In this document: positions 8,082 through 15,651 of the stretch, piece after piece
How positions within the stretch are numbered: position 1 is the first letter of the stretch
Layout of the letters: each line of letters opens with the position of its first letter
From: an uncultured bacterium
GTDB taxonomy: Bacteria > Lernaellota > Lernaellaia > Lernaellales > Lernaellaceae
Reading direction: 5' to 3'
Assembly (NCBI GenBank): GCA_964534375.1
Contig: CAZHPN010000115.1
Location: 1 to 19,844 of the forward strand
DNA: 19,844 nt
Notes under the pieces: generated by a model
Databases searched by the model: none
What the model was told of the DNA's origin: nothing
Seen by the model: only the letters and a program-made list of their open reading frames with translations
Translations under genes and position numbers: made by a program

Positions 8082-8981
8082 CTATTTCTCTTTCAACGCG
8101 CCGTCGATGACCGCTTTGAACAAGTCTTTCTCGCGCGCGCCGCGGACCATATGGCCATTGATGAAGACGGTCGGGGTGCCCTGCACGCCCATCTTTTCGC
8201 CGTTGGCGTTTTCCGTTTCCACCCACTTCTTGGCGTCGTCGCTGTCCATGTCTTTTTTCAGCTTCGCCAGGTTCAACCCGAGCTTCTTGGCGCGGGGCGT
8301 GATGACCTTATCGAAGGCCTCTTCCTGCGGAACCTGCGACCATTCCTGTTGCGAGCCAAACAGGTCTTCGGCGAATTCCCAGAACTTGTTCTGTTTGCCG
8401 GCGGCGTAGGCGGCGCGATGATAATACGCGGCGCGCTCGCCGTGGATCAGCTTGGTCTGGAACACGAGCTCGATTTTGTCGGCGCCGTATTCCTTCTGCA
8501 GGTCATGCAACACCGGGTCCAGACGACCGCAGAACGGGCACATCAACTCGGTGAAGGCCACCATCTTGATCGGCGCATTCTTGTTGCCCAGCGTGAACGC
8601 GCCGGCGGTAATGGAGACGTCCTTCTTGTCTTTCAGGATGTCTTCCGCCGTCGACCCGGCCGGCTTTGCCGCATTCGGATTCGGATTCTGCCCGCCGGCG
8701 CCGACCGCGCGAGCCAACTCCATCACCTTGCTGAACGCTTCGCGCGGCAGATCGCCCTTCTTTTCGAGGTTGCCCACGATTTCCTTGGCGATCGTCGGAC
8801 TGGCGGCGGCGACGGCCAACGCGATGGCCTGCTGCGCGTCGTCAAGTTTCTTGAAGTCCGCGTTTTCTTTGGCGGCCCAGCTCATTTTGCTGGTCGACAC
8901 GACATCGGTGAACCGGCCGACCGAGAAGCCGAGGAAGAGCACGCTTAGCATGAAGAGAACGATGAGAATGTTTTTTGCCAC
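8082..8981 (-). CDS. Membrane-anchored DsbA/thioredoxin-fold protein (CPFC)
   Basis: N-terminal TM helix, LGNKNAPIKMVAFTELMCPFC and GVQGTPTVFING. GTG 8981 has GGGAGG 7 nt upstream, so it is preferred over ATG 8996. Ends 43 nt before cysS on the same strand. Confidence 0.9.
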   Translation of the reverse strand: MAKNILIVLFMLSVLFLGFSVGRFTDVVSTSKMSWAAKENADFKKLDDAQQAIALAVAAASPTIAKEIVGNLEKKGDLPREAFSKVMELARAVGAGGQNPNPNAAKPAGSTAEDILKDKKDVSITAGAFTLGNKNAPIKMVAFTELMCPFCGRLDPVLHDLQKEYGADKIELVFQTKLIHGERAAYYHRAAYAAGKQNKFWEFAEDLFGSQQEWSQVPQEEAFDKVITPRAKKLGLNLAKLKKDMDSDDAKKWVETENANGEKMGVQGTPTVFINGHMVRGAREKDLFKAVIDGALKEK

Positions 8982-9027
8982 TTTCCTACCTCCCATTGGT
9001 TAGGGTGGTCCTTGTTTAAGACCTGAG

Positions 9028-9055
9028 AAGATACTCGGACGCCCCGTTTTGTCAA
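9028..9055 (-). promoter_or_regulatory. Putative sigma70 promoter for the DsbA-like gene and cysS
   Basis: Minus strand TTGACA-N16-TATCTT with a perfect -35 box. Confidence 0.65.
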
Positions 9056-9089
9056 GCGCGAGTTGCGACCCCGAAAAAAAGGGTGGGCG

Positions 9090-10541
9090 TCAACCCGCGG
9101 CCTGGCCGACGATTGGCGGAACCCAGCCGCCGAATTCTTTTTCGAGCGCCAAGGCGACGGCGACCGTTAAATGGTCGGCCCCGTGGATCGCGGCGACTTG
9201 GACGCCGAGCGGCAGGCCCTGCGCGTTCAGGCCCAGCGGAACCTGCGTGGCCGGCATTTCCAGCACGTTCAGGATCGCCGTGTAAACCCAGCGGAACGGC
9301 GGCAGCAGCGGCGCGTGGTGCGGCGGCGCGACGGTTGGATAGCTGGGGATCAGCATCACGCCGCACGGGCCGAGCGCCTCCGCCAGCGTTTGCCGCAATT
9401 CGAGGCCCATCGTGACGAACTTCGCCATGCGCTTTTGCATGGCTTTCGGCCCGCGCTCCAGGATGGTCAGCACGATCGCGGGGAACGTGTGGTCGGACGC
9501 GCCGACCGCCCATTTGGCGAGTTCCGCGGACGAGTCGATCGGCCGGCCGCCGCCGATCATTTCGCTGAACGACGGCCCCTGCACCGAGGTGATCATCGCC
9601 ATCCAGATGTCGCGCGCTTGGCGCAGGCCCTCGAACGCCCGCGTTTGCACGGTCGCGCCGAGCCGCTCCAGCGCCAGCGCCGCGCGATGTTGCGCCGCGA
9701 GCATGTCGCCCGCCGCCGGAGTTTCGCCGACGTTTTCGACGACGATCACGTGCAAGTCGCGGATTTTCACCGCCGCCGGGTCGCCGAGCTTCATCGGCCG
9801 GCAGCCGATGTCTTCGCCGTCAGGCCCGGCCAGTATTTCGATAAGCGGCCAGAGGTCTTCGGCGCGGCGGGCCAGCGGGCCGACGCTCAGGGCGCGAAGT
9901 TCCGCCGAAAACGCGGTCGGAAATTGCCCGCTGACCGGCACGAGGCCGCCGGACGACTTGTGGCCGAACACGCCGTTGAAAAACGCGGGCATGCGGATCG
10001 AGCCGCCGACATCGGAACCCAGCCCGAACGGCGAACCGCCGGCGCCGATCACCGCGCCTTCGCCGCCGGAACTGCCGCCGACGATTCGCGTCGGGTCGTA
10101 CGGGTTGTTGGTGCGGCCGTACACGCGGTTGTCGCTTTCCATCCACATGCAGCCTTCGGAGGTGTTCGTCACGCCGAGCGGAATCGCCCCCGCCGCGCGC
10201 AGCCGGGCCACCGTCGCCGCATCGTGGTCGGAAATGACGTCCTTGCGCGCGACGACGCCCGAGGTGTTCGGCATGCCGGTCAGCGCGAAACATTCCTTAA
10301 TACTACAGGGCACGCCATGAAACGGCGGCAGTTTCGCCCGGCCGGACGGCCTGCGTTTTCGGTCAGCCGCCCGCGCCTCGGCGAGCGCCGCCTCGAACCG
10401 GTCGGCGACGACGGCGTTGATGACCGGGTTGACCTGCTCGATGCGCGCGATGTGCGCCGTCACGGCTTCGTGCGACGACAGTTTGCCGTCGCGGATTTTT
10501 TTCGCGAGTTGCGTTCCAGAGAGCGTGAGAATCTCGTCCAC
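9090..10541 (-). CDS. Amidase signature family enzyme (FAAH2-like), 483 aa
   Basis: HGVPCSIKE (catalytic Lys), GRTNNPYD, GGSSGGEGA, GSDVGGSIRMPAFFNG (Ser-cisSer-Lys triad). GTG 10541 has GAGG upstream. The ORF track extension to 10931 runs through repeat DNA. Confidence 0.93.
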   Translation of the reverse strand: MDEILTLSGTQLAKKIRDGKLSSHEAVTAHIARIEQVNPVINAVVADRFEAALAEARAADRKRRPSGRAKLPPFHGVPCSIKECFALTGMPNTSGVVARKDVISDHDAATVARLRAAGAIPLGVTNTSEGCMWMESDNRVYGRTNNPYDPTRIVGGSSGGEGAVIGAGGSPFGLGSDVGGSIRMPAFFNGVFGHKSSGGLVPVSGQFPTAFSAELRALSVGPLARRAEDLWPLIEILAGPDGEDIGCRPMKLGDPAAVKIRDLHVIVVENVGETPAAGDMLAAQHRAALALERLGATVQTRAFEGLRQARDIWMAMITSVQGPSFSEMIGGGRPIDSSAELAKWAVGASDHTFPAIVLTILERGPKAMQKRMAKFVTMGLELRQTLAEALGPCGVMLIPSYPTVAPPHHAPLLPPFRWVYTAILNVLEMPATQVPLGLNAQGLPLGVQVAAIHGADHLTVAVALALEKEFGGWVPPIVGQAAG

Positions 10542-10585
10542 GTTCGTTTTCCTCGTTTTCAAGTGGCCGAGCGAGGATAGCAGGG

Positions 10586-10708
10586 AGGAAGGAAAAAGGA
10601 AGAAGGAAAACGGAAAAAATGGGCAGCCGGCGGTGGGGCGCAAGTTCGTCCGCTTGCGCGGGCCTGTCAGACTGGCCCGGCTTGTCCGACCTGTCCGACC
10701 TGTCCACA
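10586..10708. repeat. Partial copy C of the intergenic element: (GGAAAAA)n arm plus 9-bp tandem tract
   Basis: GAAGGAAAAAGGAAGAAGGAAAACGGAAAAAATGGGCAG (10588-10626) resembles the reverse complement of the right arm of copy A. Nonamers CTGTCAGAC TGGCCCGGC TTGTCCGAC CTGTCCGAC CTGTCCACA span 10664-10708. Confidence 0.7.
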
Positions 10709-10812
10709 ACTGTCGCGCGACGCCCAACCCGCTTGGCGCGCATCGTTTCCCTGCGCCGACGCCTTGACAGGCGGCAAGCCAGCCGGTAGGAGAAAATGCG
10801 GAACAATAAAGG

Positions 10813-11595
10813 ATGTTCATGTCGCCGCTACGCCGAAATCGCCGCTTCACACTGCTGCTCCTCGACGACCAGGGGCGTGTGCGCCGCGTGCGGTTCACGA
10901 GCCGCGCGGTGCGGGCCGTGCTCGCGGCCATCGGCGTGCTCGCGCTCGGCGGCTTGTTTTTGCTGTTCGGCTACGTCGGCGATCGGTTCACCATTCGGCG
11001 CCTGGAAATCCTGCAAAAACCGCCCGCGGCGCCGGCGATGGCGGAGACGGCCAGCCCCGCGGAGCCGGCCGCGGAAGCGCCGGCCCTGCCGCCGAACGCC
11101 GAAACGCTGGCGCAGGCCAAGATCATTCGGGCGTCAATGACGGCCGTCGAACGTTATTTCGCGGCGCCCATCCCGACGCGGCTGTCCCGCCCGGATCGCT
11201 GGCCGTTGCGCGGCTGGACGACGAGCGAATTCGGCCGCCGCTCCGATCCGCTGTCCGGCGAGCCGGATTTGCACCTCGGCCTCGACATCGCGGCGCCGAT
11301 CGGCAGCGAGGTGCGCGCGCCGGCGGCCGGCGAGGTGCTGTTCGCCGGCGAGCGGCCGGGGTTCGGGCAACTCGTGGCGCTAGCGACCGGCTCGGGCTAC
11401 GTGGCGTATTTCGGGCATCTCGACCGGATCGTGGTCGCGGTGGGGCAGAACGTGATCGCGGGCGAGCCGCTCGGCCGTTCCGGCAACACCGGCCGCACCT
11501 CGGGCCCGCATCTGCATTACGAAATACGGCGGTTCGGCGCGCCGGTCGATCCGCGCGGCTTCCTCCCCGACGAAGGTCAATCGGCCAAAGAGTAA
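10813..11595 (+). CDS. M23 family metallopeptidase with N-terminal membrane anchor, 260 aa
   Basis: WPLRGWTTSEFGRRSDP, HxxxD (HLGLD), YFGHL and GNTGRTSGPHLHYE (HxH). TM helix near the N-terminus. Confidence 0.92.
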   Translation: MFMSPLRRNRRFTLLLLDDQGRVRRVRFTSRAVRAVLAAIGVLALGGLFLLFGYVGDRFTIRRLEILQKPPAAPAMAETASPAEPAAEAPALPPNAETLAQAKIIRASMTAVERYFAAPIPTRLSRPDRWPLRGWTTSEFGRRSDPLSGEPDLHLGLDIAAPIGSEVRAPAAGEVLFAGERPGFGQLVALATGSGYVAYFGHLDRIVVAVGQNVIAGEPLGRSGNTGRTSGPHLHYEIRRFGAPVDPRGFLPDEGQSAKE

Positions 11596-11749
11596 GGAAC
11601 AAGGAAAAAGTGCCGCGCGGACCCAACAAACGAATACCGGCAATCTGACATAAAATCATCGCGGCCCTGACGCGCCGACCAAAGACGGCCATCTGTCGAG
11701 GACGGGCTTTCTTCTGCCCTATTTTTTCCTTTTTCCTTTTTCCTTCTTC
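11594..11749. repeat. Intergenic element copy A (inverted GGAAAAA heptamer arms, conserved core)
   Basis: Left arm AAGGAACAAGGAAAAAG; right arm TTTTTTCCTTTTTCCTTTTTCCTTCTTC. 11654-11749 aligns to 13435-13532 with 13 mismatches and one 2-nt gap by manual alignment. Confidence 0.9.
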
Positions 11750-11758
11750 CTTCCTGCG

Positions 11759-13045
11759 CTAGTTTCTCGCCGCCGCCCCGGCGCAGTCGCCGCCGATGCA
11801 GTGCTCGTAATCCACAAAATGCTCGGCTTGCACCTGCCGGCGCATTTCGTTGATCGAATCGAATTCCCGAGCGAGCGTGTTGACAATGTCGCCGTCCAGC
11901 GCGTGCGACGCGGCCATGTCGTTCAGCACGTCCAGGCAGCGCGCTTTCGGCATGCTGGGCCGATACGGGCGGTCTTCGGCGATGGCCGTGAAGACGTCGG
12001 CGACGGCCATGATCCGCGAGCCGAGCGGCAAATCGTCGCTGCCCAGGCGGAACGGATAGCCGCGGCCGTCCATGCGTTCGTGGTGGAACGCGGCCCAGTA
12101 GCGGACGTCCTCGAAGCCGGCGATCGAACCGAGAATCTGCAGCGTGTAATACGTGTGCCCCTTCATGAGCAGCATTTCGTCGGTGTCGAGTTTCCCGGGC
12201 TTCTCCAGGATCGCATTCGGGATCGAAACCTTGCCCAGGTCGTGCAGGTTGCCGGCGACTCGCATCAGCGCGCGCTCGCGTTTCTCGAAGTTCAGCGCCG
12301 CGGCCAGCGCCTCGGCGGTCGCGGCCACGCCCGCGGAATGCGTCGCGGTGAAGCGGCTGCGGTAATCGATGACCTTGCTGAACACGGCGCCGAGCCGCTC
12401 GAGATCGGCCAGCGACAACGAGCGGGCCGGCCAGGCGATTAGATTCACCAGCAGCGAGTAAATGCGCGGCGAGGCGAGGTCGAGCCAGAACGACTCGGCG
12501 GCCGCGGTTTCCATCAGGCACTCCAGGGCCTCCGGCGCGAATATTTCGCCCGCGTAACTCTACAGTTTTTTCTTGACGCTGGTCACCTGGCTCAAAATGC
12601 CGGCGTCTTTGTCGGTCGAAACGTCGAGCCGGTCCGCCAGACAAATGATGTTGGCCGCCAGGCGCGTGCGCGGATCGACGCCCTCCCAACCGGGCTCGTC
12701 GTCCCAGCGCCGGTGATGATGCTGCACGAGTTCCGCGGCGCGCGCGAAGACCGGAAAGCCCTGCAAAAAGGTCGAGCCAATCTCCGCGTGCCGGCCGATG
12801 TCGCTGACATCAAATTCCAGGACGCACATCTTGTCGGCGACCGACAAAATGCCGATGTCGTGCAGCGCGGCGGCGTACATCACGTCGGCCTGCAGGTCGA
12901 GGTCGAAACCAAACGTTTGCGCCATGCGCAGCGCGGTGTACGCCACGCGCTGCTGGTGGTCGGCGACGACCGGGTGAACCAAATCGAACGAATCGGACAA
13001 AGACAAAACAACGTTGTGCAACATGACGGTTGGATCGCGGAACAT
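11759..13045 (-). pseudogene. Tandem HD / HD-GYP phosphodiesterase gene interrupted by one in-frame TAG at 12560-12562 (pseudogene, split gene or read-through)
   Basis: ORFs 13045-12560 and 12514-11759 share one frame and read ...SVKKKL*SYAGEIFAPEALECLMETAAAESFWLDL... The N-domain has HQQRV, LHDIG, HHH and LAD. The C-domain has HSAGV, LHDLGK, HHERMDGRGYP and VADVFTAIAEDRPYR. Confidence 0.85.
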
Positions 13046-13242
13046 GCGCTTGCCTTTCTGGCCGCCCAACTTGGCGGCCGACTTCGCGCCGGCGAGCAAA
13101 CCTGCCAGTTGCCGCTGCGCTTGTCGTGCTTTTGCCGTTGCTGCTTGTTATCGAACGTGGCGCGATGTTCACGATTTCGAACTCGCGGCGCAATCCAGGA
13201 AAACCCTGATTTGCCGGCGCGAAAACCCCTAGTGGAGGTAAA

Positions 13243-13532
13243 GAAGAAGGAAAAAGGAAAAAGGAAAAAGCGCCGGCAGAACCCACCGGAACCCACCAAG
13301 TGAATAGCCGCCGCCTGAGGAGGCGGGGACTCATTCTCACCCTTGCTCGCGGGCGCCAGCCGCTGCGAGAGACCGTGACGCGAACATAGGACGAAAAGGA
13401 CGCATAGGACGTATGGGACAAACAAACGCGCTGGAATCGTTGCGGCCCTGATGCGCCGGCGAAAGACGACCATCTGCATCGCCGACGCACTTTCTTCTGT
13501 CTTACTTTTTCCTTTTTCCTTTTTCCTTCTTC
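13243..13532. repeat. Intergenic element copy B, 290 bp with perfect 28-bp terminal inverted repeats
   Basis: GAAGAAGGAAAAAGGAAAAAGGAAAAAG (13243-13270) is the exact reverse complement of 13505-13532. Contains hairpin CCGCCT-GAGG-AGGCGG (13311-13326) and nonamers CATAGGACG AAAAGGACG CATAGGACG TATGGGACA (13385-13420). Confidence 0.92.
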
Positions 13533-13543
13533 ATTCTCTATCT

Positions 13544-15283
13544 CTATGCTTTGTCCCAGCCGCCGCCCGCTCTGGCCTGTTCGACGGCGTGCTTCGCGCG
13601 GTCCTTGAGCGTCACGTAGTCGGTTTTTGCGACGCGGTTGAGCGGCATCTGGCCCGCTTCGAGAATGATGTAGAGCGCCGGCCGCATATAGGCGGCGATG
13701 CCCTTGGCGTGCGCTTCGAGATCGGCGCTGGAGAGCGTCGCGCCGGCTTTTTTCTCGACGAACAGGACCACGCCCTCGGTGAACACCTCGTGGGGCACGC
13801 CGACCGCCGCCGCCGCGGAGACCTTGTCGCGCAGCGTCGTGAAGTAGTCTTCGATCTGCGCCGGATGCACTTGGTAGCCCTTGGGTTTAATCACGAGCTT
13901 GGCGCGGCCCGAGAAGTGCAGGCCCTTGTTGTCGTAATAGCCGAGGTCGCCCGTGTAGCACACGCCGTCGGTCGAGACCGTCTTGCGGTAGGCGTCGTCG
14001 TTGTTGACGTAGGCGATGAACACCTGCGGGCCCGCGAAGCAGATTTCGCCGACCTCGCCGGGCGCCAGCACGTCGCCGGCCGTGCCGTCGGGGTTCATCG
14101 GCTGGCGGATCGAAATCGGGCTGACCGGCATGTCGAAGCCGACGCTGGCGAGGATGTCGTCGACCGTGCCGTCCAGCGGCGTGTAGGTGCAAAAACCCCC
14201 CATTTCCGAAAGGCCCAGGCCCGTGCCGAACTTGGGGGCCATCGCGGCGAGTTGTTCGAGGAATTGCCGCGACACCTGCTGGCCGCCGTAGAGCGCGAAC
14301 CGCAACGACGAAAGATCGAAATCCTTGTAGTTCGGCAGCCGCCATTCCATCGCGAACAGCGCCGGAATCTGGCCGAACGCGTCGACCTGGTACGTCTGAA
14401 TCGCCTGCAGCGTTTTGATCGGGTCGAAAATCGGCAGCACCACGGCCGTGCCGCCGCGGAAAAGCGGGGTCATCAGTTGTTCGGCCTGGCCGCCGACGTG
14501 CGACGGCGGCAGGTTGACCAGCATGCGCGCGTGCCCGGTGATGCCGAACGCGCCGCCCAGGCACATGTTCTGCGCCGTGATATTGCGGTGCGACAGCAGC
14601 GCCGGCTTCGGCAGGCCGGTCGAGCCGGTCGTGTAGATCACCTGCGCGCCGTCGTTTTCGTTCACCGCGGCGACCGCCTCGCGATACGTCTTCAGGATCG
14701 GCGCCTGGGCCGGGTCGGCGAACGCGGCCTTCGCTTCCGCCGCCGCCTCGGCGGCCAGCGTCCGCGCCGACAGCGCAAACGGCAGCGTCTCGTTCCCCGT
14801 CGAGAATTGCATGAAATGTTCGACGAACGGGCAATTGTCCTTGACGGCCTGGCCGAGCGGGCCGAAATCGGCGACGGGCGTCTTGCCGAGGAACGCGAAG
14901 CATTTGGCCTGGATCAAACCCAGCGAACGGATGACCTCCGGGGCCTTCAGGCGCAGATCAAGCGGCGCGTGAATGACGCCGATCTGGAAACAGGCGTATT
15001 CGAGAAAGATATGCTCCGCCAGAAACGGCAGCATCGTGGCGAGGAAATCGCCCTTGCGGAAACCCAGCCGCAACAGCTTCATCGCCAGCGCCGCCGAGAA
15101 TTCGTGGAATTGCTTGTAGGTGAATTCGCGCTTGCCCTCGGCGTCGATGATCGCGATCGTGTCCGGCGTTTCCTTCGCCCACTTGGCGATGCAGCCGTGC
15201 AGCAAATGGCGGTCCGCGAAGTCCGTCTCGTAATGGGTCAACGTGTACTGCGGGACGCCGGAACGGTACGCGAGTTCGGTCAT
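13544..15283 (-). CDS. Class I adenylate-forming enzyme (acyl-CoA synthetase / AMP-binding), 579 aa
   Basis: IYTTGSTGLPK P-loop, GLGLSE, GEICFAGP, YTGDLG, GRAKLVIKPKGYQVHP and C-terminal PLNRVAK. ATG 15283 has AGGAG upstream. Confidence 0.93.
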   Translation of the reverse strand: MTELAYRSGVPQYTLTHYETDFADRHLLHGCIAKWAKETPDTIAIIDAEGKREFTYKQFHEFSAALAMKLLRLGFRKGDFLATMLPFLAEHIFLEYACFQIGVIHAPLDLRLKAPEVIRSLGLIQAKCFAFLGKTPVADFGPLGQAVKDNCPFVEHFMQFSTGNETLPFALSARTLAAEAAAEAKAAFADPAQAPILKTYREAVAAVNENDGAQVIYTTGSTGLPKPALLSHRNITAQNMCLGGAFGITGHARMLVNLPPSHVGGQAEQLMTPLFRGGTAVVLPIFDPIKTLQAIQTYQVDAFGQIPALFAMEWRLPNYKDFDLSSLRFALYGGQQVSRQFLEQLAAMAPKFGTGLGLSEMGGFCTYTPLDGTVDDILASVGFDMPVSPISIRQPMNPDGTAGDVLAPGEVGEICFAGPQVFIAYVNNDDAYRKTVSTDGVCYTGDLGYYDNKGLHFSGRAKLVIKPKGYQVHPAQIEDYFTTLRDKVSAAAAVGVPHEVFTEGVVLFVEKKAGATLSSADLEAHAKGIAAYMRPALYIILEAGQMPLNRVAKTDYVTLKDRAKHAVEQARAGGGWDKA

Positions 15284-15352
15284 CGTCAGGCTCCTGTGGG
15301 GCAAGGGGCGCATTGGCCTGAATTGAACAATCGGATCGTTGCGAACGCAGCG

Positions 15353-15382
15353 ATAATAGCCCCGCCGCCGCGCCCTCGGCAA
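15353..15382 (-). promoter_or_regulatory. Putative sigma70 promoter for the acyl-CoA synthetase
   Basis: Minus strand TTGCCG-N18-TATTAT, about 70 nt upstream of the start. Confidence 0.4.
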
Positions 15383-15651
15383 GCGCCCCGCGGCCTGCGG
15401 CGGAAATGTGGGTTGTCGCGAAGTCTCGAGTGAATCCAGGCGTCGCATGCGGTCAAATGCGGCGGGCCGATTTCGCCAAATCAGACGTGCCGGCCCGGCC
15501 GCTCCAAATGATTCGGGCATCCACTCGACGAACGCCCGAGGCGCGGTTATTTATGTTATCTGAGGAACTCATCAATTCGAGCTAGGGAAAGTTTCCGGTT
15601 CCGCAGCGTCGAGCCGCCAGTTTTCGACCGGGAACGAATTGGGGGACAACC

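Noticed and set aside
9067..9089. Intrinsic terminator after the amidase
   Set aside because: The stem is short and the U-tract lies in the loop rather than after the stem.
10764..10797. Sigma70 promoter for the M23 gene at TTGACA 10764
   Set aside because: Perfect -35 but no convincing -10 at 16-18 nt spacing (TAGGAG).
12563..12574. Programmed frameshift at AAG AAA AAA C before the internal TAG
   Set aside because: The downstream coding sequence is in the same frame, so a frameshift would not restore the protein.
13046..13145. c-di-GMP riboswitch upstream of the HD-GYP gene
   Set aside because: There is a GGCAAA and a 7-bp stem (13060-13079) beside the SD, but I could not find the GNRA tetraloop/receptor two-stem layout of class I. 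An Rfam cmscan would settle it.
10664..13420. CRISPR array
   Set aside because: Repeats are 7-9-bp head-to-tail units without unique spacers, and no cas genes are present.
11594..13532. Integron attC sites or composite transposon
   Set aside because: No RYYYAAC...GTTRRRY ends, no integrase or transposase in the window, and no target-site duplication.
8082..13546. Genome-wide reassignment of TAG to a sense codon
   Set aside because: TAG ends three genes at plausible C-termini (8082, 11759, 13544). Read-through would run into cysS, the M23 gene or repeat DNA. Only site-specific or partial read-through remains possible.
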